From contig MGVA01000028.1 of the NCBI GenBank assembly GCA_001800245.1, positions 66,328-130,327 on the forward strand: a stretch of DNA of 64,000 nucleotides, given 5' to 3'. This stretch comes from Elusimicrobia bacterium RIFOXYA12_FULL_51_18. Its GTDB lineage: Bacteria > Elusimicrobiota > Elusimicrobia > Elusimicrobiales > UBA9959. The notes under the pieces were generated by a model, which had not been told where the DNA came from, did no database searches, and worked only from the letters and a program-made list of their open reading frames with translations. Of the stretch, positions 1-10,200 are shown in pieces; positions within the stretch are counted from its first letter, which is position 1, and each line of letters opens with the position of its first letter. Both the position numbers and the translations under genes were made by a program.

Positions 1-1018
1 CAGAGACGCGGCAAAGGCCTCGGCTCTGGCCGCGAAACTGGCGGAAAAACTTTCACAGATGCGGCGGGTGATGGAGGAGTATGCGGCCTATCAGGCTTCC
101 GCGGACGAGGGGCGGGGAGAAGCGGACAAGGCCGCCGAACTGTCCGGCCGCTGGAAAGCTCTTTATGACGCGCAGAGTGCGGAAACCGCGGCGGGCAGAG
201 AGCTTACTGAAACCTTGCTGGTTAAAATCGAACGGGCGCGTACCAGTCTCCTCGCGGAATTGTCAAATACCCCGGTGTTGACGGCTAAAAGCCTGGCCGC
301 TGTAAAACAGGAGACGCCGGGCGTTTATCCGGCGGTACAGCGGGCCGAAGAGAGGTTGAAAGCAAAGGATATGGCGGGCGCGCGCGCGGTTCTTGAGGGC
401 GCGCGCGTAGAACTTATGAAGAGCACCTGCGTTCCCTGCGCCCCGGCTTTGCGCGCGGCCGAGGCGGAGATCCAAGGCGGGGTTGACCGTATCACCCGGC
501 TGGAATCTGACGCCGCCCTGCTTGAGCCCGCCGCCCTGGCCCCGTTCCTTTCAGCCGCCGAAAAACAGGAAAGGGTCAGGCAGGAAAGCGCCGCCCTGGC
601 GGCTTTGATAACCGGGAATTATTCAGGCGCGATGGCCGCAAGCCTGATAGAGAAGCTTGAAAAAGCCGGGGGTTACATGGCGAAGGCGGTGGAAGCTTTC
701 GCCGCTAAAAATATAAGGCCTGCCGGGGAAGAGCAATTGAAAGCTTTGAACGAACTTGAACTGGGGAACAAAACCCTTGATGATATGCTTGAAAAAATGA
801 AATCTGCCGCCGCCGGGATGGACTCTTCTCCTAAACCTTCCGGAGTATTCACGCGGCCGGCCTCCGGCCTGGATTCTTCTCCGGTTAAACTGCCGAAAGC
901 GGGGGATTATATCCCGCCGGCCGAACTGCGCAAAAAGGTCATGGAGTCGCTTCAGGAGCGTTACCCTTCCTCCCAAAAGGATATTGTGGAAAGTTACCTT
1001 AAAAATGTGGCGAAGTAA
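1..1018 (+). CDS. C-terminal part of a large helical/coiled-coil protein (DUF4175-like), truncated by the window start
   Basis: Frame is open from base 2. Ala/Glu/Lys-rich helical sequence; C-terminal 'PAELRKKVMESLQERYPSSQKDIVESYLKNVAK' resembles DUF4175-type tails. Confidence 0.6.
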   Translation, partial: RDAAKASALAAKLAEKLSQMRRVMEEYAAYQASADEGRGEADKAAELSGRWKALYDAQSAETAAGRELTETLLVKIERARTSLLAELSNTPVLTAKSLAAVKQETPGVYPAVQRAEERLKAKDMAGARAVLEGARVELMKSTCVPCAPALRAAEAEIQGGVDRITRLESDAALLEPAALAPFLSAAEKQERVRQESAALAALITGNYSGAMAASLIEKLEKAGGYMAKAVEAFAAKNIRPAGEEQLKALNELELGNKTLDDMLEKMKSAAAGMDSSPKPSGVFTRPASGLDSSPVKLPKAGDYIPPAELRKKVMESLQERYPSSQKDIVESYLKNVAK

Positions 1019-1079
1019 GCAGCGGCCCCTTTTTCTCTTCCCCTTTTGAGTGTGTATCCTAAATCACATGACAAGGCTC

Positions 1080-1109
1080 TTGAACATCGCCCAGTAGCCG
1101 ATGTATAAT
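1080..1109 (+). promoter_or_regulatory. Putative sigma70 promoter of the FecR/barrel/giant protein/PorV locus
   Basis: TTGAAC (1080-1085), 18 bp spacer, perfect TATAAT (1104-1109), in the gap before the FecR gene. Confidence 0.5.
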
Positions 1110-1187
1110 AGTAACGGTGTTTAGGAGCGTGCCGGGACGCAATTTGAGCGCGTCGCGATTTTTTTGATATTCAATGGGGGATTTTCC

Positions 1188-2867
1188 ATGACCTGTCAAA
1201 CTATAGCGGATATGGGTCCGTTCCGGGGAGCGGTTGGCCGTCCGGGGGCCATAGGCCCCGCCGAACCCGGCGGGCGCCGTTTTAGCCGCGGCGCTTACGC
1301 GAATATCGTTCCCGGATCCCCGTCGGTTTTTCATCGTTTTTTTTCCGTTTCAATTTCATTGTTCCTGCTTTTGGGCCTGGAAGTTTTTTCCGATGCGGCC
1401 AAGATCACAGATACCTGGGGTAAAGTGGAGGTCAAACGCCAGGGCGCCGGAGAGTGGCAGAGAGTGGAAGGTTCCGGCACGCTGAAAGCCGGGGATTCCA
1501 TAAAAACCAATTGGCGCGGCAAACTTCGGATGTATCTGGAAGACGGCTCGCGTGTGGACATGGGCTCTTCCTCTTCCGTCACGCTTGACGCCGACGGAGC
1601 CGCGACTACGACTACGGTTAAGCTCGGAATGGGGTGGCTCAAGGCCTGGGTAAAAAAGGCCCAAAGAAAATTCGAGGTGCGCACCCCCAGCGCGGTCTGC
1701 GCCGTGCGCGGAACCGAATTTGAGGTGGAAACGGACGGGCGTAAAACTTCGGTAGATCTTGTAACCGGGCTGCTGGCCGTCAGTGATAACGCCGGCAACG
1801 AGTCCCTGCTTAATGCCGGACAGCATGTGAACGTGGACGAGCGGGGTATCGGTTCCGTTCAGTCTATTGAGGAAGGCCGTACCCAGCGCAGAGAGGAAAA
1901 CCAGGTGGGGCTGAAGAACGAGGTCGCCCTGGATATGACTAAAGAACAGGTAATGGCCGCGGCTTCAGAGGAAATGAAGCTTGCCGAGTACCAGCAGGGC
2001 AAGAGCATGATAGACGTCTTCGGCGAGAGGGTGCGTCTGGAGCAGTATATCGTGCGTCCCAGGGATAACCAGTTCAAGCTGGTGGTGCTGAACGACCGGA
2101 ACGGCAGGTTCGACTATTTTTTCTATAAAGGCACTTTTAATACTTCCCTTCCCACCGACCTGAGCGTGGCTCTTGGACAGCTCGGGGGCTGCGCGGGCGC
2201 TCCGTGCCAATACTACATGACCTCCTACGAAACCGCCAGGTCCAATCTGACGGACAAGGTTGAAGAGCTGGCTTCGGGCGGCCATCAGGTTAATGTGAAC
2301 GCAAACGCTGTGGCCAACGACGACGTGTCCTCATATTTTGATTCTTCCCTCAACAGTTATGCTGGAGTTTCCGGCGCGTATTGGAAGACGCTCTTTGATA
2401 ATTATTACATTAAATATAACGGCGTGACCTTCAATACCTGGGAACCCAATACGGGCGTTACCGCATACAACGGTACCCTCGGAACCGGCATACAAGCGTA
2501 TTTTAAAGATGACGGCACCGAGCAGGATGCCTTGCACAAATACATAGGGGATAACGGCGCTTTGGGCACCGCCCTTCCCGGGCAGAACTCCGACAGGAGT
2601 CCGGACGGGACGGTTTTGCACGATAAAATCAGGCTTACCTACGGTACCGGCGGCTACTGGGAACAGTACGATAACTACATCGTGAACGACGAGGGGCAGG
2701 TCGCGTCGCTGGGTGATTTCGACGGCAATCGCACGGGGGTTTCTTATAAGGAAACTCTCCTGAAATGGAATTTCGAGCAGGTGGTGACATGCAGTTTGTT
2801 CGGGGGAAGGAAGATCGATCTGGTCATTGAACCCAAGACCCTGATACAGTCGGGGCTTATAAGATAA
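1188..2867 (+). CDS. Exported FecR-domain protein with a long C-terminal domain of unknown type
   Basis: Hydrophobic signal-like segment, then a FecR-like region ('GDSIKT...LEDGSRVDMG...FEVRTPSAVCAVRGTEF'). Start uncertain (1164/1188/1212). Confidence 0.8.
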   Translation: MTCQTIADMGPFRGAVGRPGAIGPAEPGGRRFSRGAYANIVPGSPSVFHRFFSVSISLFLLLGLEVFSDAAKITDTWGKVEVKRQGAGEWQRVEGSGTLKAGDSIKTNWRGKLRMYLEDGSRVDMGSSSSVTLDADGAATTTTVKLGMGWLKAWVKKAQRKFEVRTPSAVCAVRGTEFEVETDGRKTSVDLVTGLLAVSDNAGNESLLNAGQHVNVDERGIGSVQSIEEGRTQRREENQVGLKNEVALDMTKEQVMAAASEEMKLAEYQQGKSMIDVFGERVRLEQYIVRPRDNQFKLVVLNDRNGRFDYFFYKGTFNTSLPTDLSVALGQLGGCAGAPCQYYMTSYETARSNLTDKVEELASGGHQVNVNANAVANDDVSSYFDSSLNSYAGVSGAYWKTLFDNYYIKYNGVTFNTWEPNTGVTAYNGTLGTGIQAYFKDDGTEQDALHKYIGDNGALGTALPGQNSDRSPDGTVLHDKIRLTYGTGGYWEQYDNYIVNDEGQVASLGDFDGNRTGVSYKETLLKWNFEQVVTCSLFGGRKIDLVIEPKTLIQSGLIR

Positions 2868-2902
2868 ACCCAAACAGATTTGCGGATTCAGAGGAGGCGG
2901 GA

Positions 2903-4180
2903 ATGACATTTAGCGGTACTACGGAATTTATAAGCCGGAAGAACAACAGGTTTGTTCAAAAAGCGGCCTATCTTATTGTTCTGCTGCTGGCCGCCTGCCG
3001 CCTGCCGCTTACCGCGTACGATATTACCCCTTACTACAATGCGTCCCTGATGGGCGGGCAGTATTTTTATGAAACCAACGCAGGGGCTCTGGCCGGCAAC
3101 GCTTCTTTGCTTGCCTCCGCCTCCATGAAATTATCTCCGGTGTTTACTCTTATCCCGCTCTATAGCGGCCGGTATCAGGGCGCTAAACAGGTGTCGGACC
3201 TAGCGGGCGGCGGGACGCTCTTTCAGGCGCTGATGGATCACAAAGCGGCCGTTAAAGGCGTCTATTCCGTCAGCCCTCTTTTAAAAATTAAGCCCGAGCT
3301 GGCCTTTAAGCGGGAGTACCTGAAAGAAACAAAAGATGAAGCCTGGGGCGACGGTCTTTTTGACTATAAACGCCCCGGTTTTTCCATTGAAGGGGAATAT
3401 AAATACAGCGATCCTTTCACTCTTCGCGTCGGCTACGATATTTATAATATAAGATTCCACAATTACACATCGCTGGAGTCCCAGATCGGAGCCGTTGACG
3501 GAAGTCTTGCCAGGGAAATGGCCGGCGATCATACCCTGAATTCGATGAATAATAATTTCTATATCGCAGGCAACGCTAAAATGCCCTGGGAGTCCCTGGG
3601 GGATGCGTCTGTCAGTTATACTATGCGTTCTTATGCCCATCAGCATGTAGTGAATGAGGCGGGGCAATTCAAGTCCGATACCAGAAGCGACAATGTGATC
3701 TCAGCCGAATTGGGCTGGCGGTTCCCCAGGAAGCTGGCAAACGGGAAAATGATGACGCCGGGTCTGAGCCTTGCCTACGTTATGAACGGTTCGAACCAGA
3801 ATAGTTATGATGCGCAGAATACCAAATTTATAAAGGACTATTACGCTTACGGCAAGGTCAGGACCGGCCTGGACGCGTCCCTGCGGACGCCCCTGGCGGG
3901 AGAAAAGCGGTTCTGGGAAACACGGCTTGGCGTGGGGTGGGTCCGGACCGGCTATGCTGAAAGACTTGTGCAGGACGCCGCCGGACTTTATAAATCCGCC
4001 AAGATCTATATCGACGAGCTTACGGCGGCTGGTGATGTCTCTTACGACATTGTGAAGAATTTCAAGTTGAAGGCCTCCATGCAGTACGGGCGCCAGAGTT
4101 CCAATATGAAATATGAGAAGCTTTATAAATATAGTTACGCGATGTTCAGTTATCTGATGGGGGTTACATACGAGTATTAG
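2903..4180 (+). CDS. Outer-membrane beta-barrel protein (Slam/DUF560- or BBP2-like)
   Basis: Signal peptide, alternating aromatic beta-strands and a terminal 'GVTYEY' BAM-type beta-signal; RBS GGAGG upstream. Confidence 0.7.
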   Translation: MTFSGTTEFISRKNNRFVQKAAYLIVLLLAACRLPLTAYDITPYYNASLMGGQYFYETNAGALAGNASLLASASMKLSPVFTLIPLYSGRYQGAKQVSDLAGGGTLFQALMDHKAAVKGVYSVSPLLKIKPELAFKREYLKETKDEAWGDGLFDYKRPGFSIEGEYKYSDPFTLRVGYDIYNIRFHNYTSLESQIGAVDGSLAREMAGDHTLNSMNNNFYIAGNAKMPWESLGDASVSYTMRSYAHQHVVNEAGQFKSDTRSDNVISAELGWRFPRKLANGKMMTPGLSLAYVMNGSNQNSYDAQNTKFIKDYYAYGKVRTGLDASLRTPLAGEKRFWETRLGVGWVRTGYAERLVQDAAGLYKSAKIYIDELTAAGDVSYDIVKNFKLKASMQYGRQSSNMKYEKLYKYSYAMFSYLMGVTYEY

Positions 4181-4181
4181 G

Positions 4182-4207
4182 CCGGAAATAGCATCGGCTA
4201 TTTTCGG
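4182..4207 (+). other. Intergenic hairpin between the barrel gene and the giant gene
   Basis: CCGGAAATAGC-atcg-GCTATTTTCGG, an 11-bp stem with one G-U pair. Confidence 0.6.
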
Positions 4208-4243
4208 AGGGATGAAGGCTGAATGATTCGGGATTGATTTTTT

Positions 4244-7200
4244 ATGAGCGTTAAAAACAAGGGTGAAATTATTATGACGAAAACACGCATAAATTTGTTC
4301 AGAAAATTCCTATTGGCGGCTGTTTTGGCCTTTATCCCGATACGCGCGATGGGCGTTTGGCCCGGCAGCGCGGTAAATTATCTTCCGGGAGCCGCCGGGC
4401 AGGGCCCTGTTGATAGTTTTTATTCTATCCAGGATGAGACTGGCGGGATATATAATGTCTGGACGGCCACCGCTCCGGCGCATCCGAACTATCATCAGGT
4501 ATATGTGCAGCATATAAATATGAACGGCGTTCCGGATTGGTTTACAAGGGTTAGTACTTCGGCCAATTATCAGGATTTATATGTGGATCCTAAATTAAGC
4601 TACGATGGTCAGACTGCCCTTAACGTGGCCTGGGGAGAACACGTGGATTCAACCGCCGGATCTGCCAAGGTTATGAAAGTAAAGCGTTTTATTTCTTCCG
4701 GCAGCATAGTGTGGGGCGGTGTGGGCGGCATACAGGTATCTTCCGGTATCATTGACGGTGGCACGATGGAGATCTCTTCCGACGGCGGACCGGTTTTTAT
4801 GATGGGGTATCCGGTTGGATCGGGTCTAAAGATGGTGGTTCAGAAATTGCAGAACTCCGGAGGCGGTTGCGCCTGGCCTGGCATTGGCGATTGCGTTACC
4901 GGAGCCTCCGGAACAGAGCTGTACTCCGCGGCCAACACCGATTCTATCGGTAATGTGGCTTTAGTCCCGTCCTCTTCAGGCATGCTGATAGTAGTCTCAA
5001 CGGGAGTGGTTTCCGGAGACTGGGCTATTTATGCGCATAGGTTAAACGAAACCAACGGTTCCCCTGTATGGTCATCCACTTTGGTCTCCGGTACAGGGGC
5101 CCGTGGAGGGATCGTGAACGGTATTTCCGACGGTTCCAACGGAGCTTATATTGTTTGGGATGATGCAAGGAGCGGTTATAAAAATGTTTACGCCACAAGA
5201 ATAGACAATGACGGAGCCGTTGTAACCGGCGGCGCCTGGTCCCTGGGCGCTAATGCGGGCGTGCAGTTCACAAATTTCACCGACGATATAAATAATATGC
5301 ATGTAGTCCCGACCGCAGACGGTTTCGCTCTGACATGTTCCACCGTAACAGGGCAGGACCAGCGATTCCTCTTCGGTACAATGTCCGCGTCCGGGGTTAT
5401 CCTCTCCTCCGGAGTGACCGCCGGGTTGGAGCCTCTCTACTCCCAAGCGGTTTGCAGGGATAGCGCCTGTTTTGTCGCGGGTTATAAGGGCGTGCCGGAG
5501 TTTACGGCCTATGTGGCCAGGATTACTCCGGGGAACTCCGTCAGTCTGTACCCAATGTTTGCGGGCGGGGATTTTCCGTACAATATAGCGCTGTCCTCCG
5601 TAGCCGGCGGCATCGCGGCTTCCTGGACCAGCAGCGCCGGCGCGCAATGGGCGAGGTATGCCCCCGCTACGGTTTTTGACCGGCGCCAGGTTTCGGGCTT
5701 AGTCACTTTCAGCGGCGTTTATGAGCCGAATACGGTTCTCACAGTGTGGCTCAGCACCTCGGCTGATTTTAGAGGAGTCACCGCTTCCACCCATATCCCC
5801 AACCCTTCTACTACACAGTCCTATACCATATCCGATATCCCCTCCGGGATATATTATATGGCCCTGACGGCGTCGTTCGACTGGCAAGTGGTTGCCTCCA
5901 CCCATCCCTGGGGAGTCCTGGGCCAGCTTGGTACGCCTACGGCGGTCGATGTCACGATCGGCGACGTTTCGGGTAATAATGTGGCGATGACCGACGGCCA
6001 TGTCCAGCCGAACCCCTGGTCTCCGGAATCACAGGCGCCTTCCATAGTTTCCTGCGTGGAGAACTTCGCTAACGGCGGTTCCTGCAGGATAAACGGCAAC
6101 AGCACTTACGGCAACGCTATCGCCGTGGACGGCTCCGATAATAGTTATATCATAGGCACCAATCTGACTGACTCGGCTATTGTGAAGTATGACGCTTCGG
6201 GCGTTATCGTTTCTTCAATTACGGCTAAATACGCGGTTTTCAACGATATAAAAATAAGCCCCGTCAACGGCGATCTTTATGTGGCGGCCCAGGGCCTGGT
6301 TTCCGGGATACGCGTATTCCGTTACGCCGCTTCCAATCTTTCTTTTGTTTCCTCTATAACCGTGTCAGGATACCAGGGAGCGCGCCAGTTGGATTTCGGC
6401 GCGGACGGCGAGGTTTATGTGGTTTCCGCGGTGGATAACGGGGGTTCCTACGGTAACGATATAAGAGTGGTCAGGCTGTCGGCTAACCTGTCTTCCGTTA
6501 CCGGAGATTGGAGCGATACGTCCAACGGTCCCGATCAGGGGATCGGCATACATGTAAGCGGGGGAGACGTTTTTGTGACGGGGTTTCAGCATCCAGTTTC
6601 AACTGATCAGGTTGTTGTCATCAGGCTGAGTACCGCTACCACCATGTCCAAGCTGGATACAGGGACGGCTGGTACGTCCCCCGTCGTTTTTGCCGAGGGG
6701 GAAGGTTTCAACCATTTCCGCGTCACTTCCGACGCCACAGGCGTTTATGCGGCTTATAGTTATCTTCTTAATACCAGCACCCAGACCGCTATATACCGCT
6801 TTGACAGGTCGAATATGTCGGCCGGATATTCGTCGGCCACCATGGCGGGCGCCGCCGCTTTCGGCGATCTTAAATCTTCCGGTTCCAAGTTTTTTGTTGT
6901 TGCGCAGTCGGATGGCAACCAGGCCCGTGTAACGCGGTACGATGCCGCAACTTTTGCGGCGGAGGCCTCCACCCGCGCTTCGGTACCTGCCGCCTACGGC
7001 ATGGCTCCCGGCGGTATGGCCTTTGGCACCGGTGGAGAGGTTTATCTGTCGGGTGCGCTGCCCGATGCCGGTGATTCTGCGAGTATCGGTATAACCAAAC
7101 TTGATTCTGTTGCCGGTCCGGTTCCGGGGGAAGAGGAGCTTATTACGGTATATGTCTCTACCGCAGACGCTTCGCCGGCCGCTTTTACAACCGGGGTGGA

Positions 7201-10200
7201 AGCCGCCGCCTTGAGGATGGATATCTATACCGTTTCGTCCTCAACTTCTATTTCCAATGTCAGGGTAAGCGTCAATCCGAATGGCCCCTATACGCGGGCG
7301 GCCTATGTGGGTTTTTATGTGGATAGCAACCGAAACGATATCTGGGAGCCGGGAACCGACGCGCTTATTTCAAGCGCCGCCGTTACCTCGGCTTTTGTGG
7401 ACCTGCCTGTGGCCGCGGGAATAATAAATAACGATCCGTACGGTTCGTTCATTACCCTTACTCCCTCCGCTTCAGCTCTAGGTTCCAGTATAAATCTTGG
7501 CATAGATTCAACCGCCTCATTCACCGTGGGAGGCGTTATGGCGGAGCAGGCTGTGTATCCCATAAGGTCGGACGCGAGATTGGTTCAGCCCCCGGTGTCC
7601 TTCAGCGGGGGAGGGCTTAACGGGCCGAGCGCTTCGATTTTGAACGGCACGGCTATGGATCAGGGTGTAGATGTAAAAGCCTATGGTTCAAGCGTTTATG
7701 CCATAGGTATAGCGTATCCTAACTCCGTGTTGATAAAATACAGCACTTCCACAGGCCAGGTGGCCGCTTTGACCGGCCTTTCGGGAGTGGATTTCACGGC
7801 TTTAGCCGTGAATGCGAACGGGATTTATGTAACCGGTAAGGGCTACTATGCGCCCGGGTTCGTGACTATAAAATACGCGCATGATCTAACGATTGTTTCT
7901 TCGGTCACGCTCGCGGGGGCTTCCAGCGCCTACGGTATAACTCTGGATGGCGCCGGCAGGGTATATGTTATCGGGGACAATGCCGGAGAGGGCGGGAGCA
8001 ATAACGATTACAAAATAGTCGAATACAATTCCGATCTGGTCCAGCAGGGCGCGGCTCATATCTGGAACGCGGGCGGAGTTGACTATGGCAAGGGTATAGC
8101 CGTATCCGACGACGGTTCTCTTATTTATGCGACCGGCCTTTCGCTTATGGGCGGAGCCACATATTACGCCACCGCTAAATTCGACGGAGCTTTTGTATTC
8201 GTTTCTTCAACCGCTTATCCGGGTTATGCGGACGATCATATTGATACGGTCGACATAGTGCAGAATAGCACCAGCGGCGCCGTTTATTTGGCCGGTTCCG
8301 CTAACCACGAGGCGATGCTGCTTGCCAAATATAATTCCAATCTGGTGCTGCAGTCCACCGCCGGGGTCTACAGCCCGGCTTACGCTGTGGGCGCCGGTAT
8401 CGCGCAGGATAGCGTCGGCAACGTATATATAGCCGGCGGCTATAATGCCGGCGGCGCGGCGCATGATGAGAATACGGTGGTCAAATTCAGTCCCGCCTTG
8501 GTCAGGCAGTCCAGTGCTACGACCTTTTCGGCATACGGATTTGAACCCGGTGGTCTCGCGCTGGACGGTTACGGGTATCCGTATGTGACCGGCGTGCTGT
8601 TGGTTTCCGGTTCTTCTTCCACCTGGGATATGAAAACCGTCCGGCTGGCCCAGCTTGCCGATGTGGTAGCCGCAAAGCCTTATATAACGGTAACGGTTCC
8701 TTACGGTGGGGCGGTGGATGTTTCAAGCGGCATAAGGTATATCGACATTACATTCAGTGAGCCTGTGACCCCGGCCTCGCTTAATGCCGGCGGCGATGGT
8801 TTGTCTCCTTATCTTATGTTCAGCAAGCCGGGCGGGTATCATAACCCGAGATTTACCGGTTTTAGCAATCTCTACGGCAATACTTACCGGATAGCTATGG
8901 TGGATGTGGATCTTGACTCCAACACCGTGTACACGGTAGAGGCCGCTAATTTTGAAAGCGGTTCGGCAGTAGTAATGGATCCGGCTTCTTTCTCCTTCAC
9001 TACAACAGGCTCCGCTCCCGCGGGGAAACCGTCCATCACCGCCACCAATCCGACCGCCGGCGCAACCGGGGTTTCCCTTGGGTTGACGGCTATAGATATA
9101 ACTTTCAGCGAACCTATAGTTCTGGACGCGGGAGATATAGGCGGTAAGATAAATCTGTTTGTCGGGGCGGAAGATCGGTACAACCTTCTCTCCACATTTA
9201 CATATGTTTCAGGCAATACTTACAGGCTTGAACTTAAAAACGGGCCTCTTGCGGCCGGGACGGTTTACAGGGTTGAACTGTCTAATTTCGCTAATGAAAG
9301 CGCGGCGGTTATTGACCCGGATTCATTCAGCTTTACCACCGAAGCCGGCGCGACGACGGTGAACCTGCTGGTGCAAAATGCCGCTTCCCCTTACATGAGG
9401 TATTACAGTACCAACTCCGCTCTGAAGCTTTCCCTTTGGACGGATTCCGGCTCCTCTCAATGGTCGGCAATGACCGTCAATCTTGGAGGCACGGTCGTGC
9501 CCTGTTCCGACGTGGATGCTTTGTATGTGTACAGGGACAGCGGGGACGGGGCATATTCCGACACAAACGATTCCTATGTCGGTTATGCGTCGCCCTGTAA
9601 CGGCGGTACGTTCAACTTCTATACCCCGGAGACTATAGGCGTTTCCACCAGTGTTTACTTTGTGACCGTGAGTCCCAGATCCAGCGCTATCGGCAAAACC
9701 GCGCGTCTCACTATTACAAGCACGGCCGCGTTCACTATAGGCGGTTCGGACGTTATGCATTCGCTTACCGGCATGCCGGCTAATTCGGCCATAGCCACTG
9801 TGATGAACTATATATATGCCAGCGAAATGGGATCATATAATTACGACACCAATATTTCGGTGATAGCGGGACAGGCTTTGCAGATAAATGCGACCGGCTA
9901 TTGGAATTATGACGCCACACATCAGGTGAACGCGGACGGTTCTGGCGAGTGTTCCAGTACTTGTCCTTTGCCTTCGGCCTACCGCGGAGCGCTTATAGCC
10001 CGCGGCGATTCGACTCCCTGGTTCGTGGTAGGCCGGTCCACCACTATCGTGCTCGGCTACAGCGATACGCTGCGCCTTGCGATGAACGACGACGACTATA
10101 ACGATAATACCGGCATAATGATGTTTGAAAAAGCCGCCCAGGCCGTCACCAAGATCTGGACCGGAGCCGCTTGCGGAGGCGTAGGCTGCAACGAGGCCGG

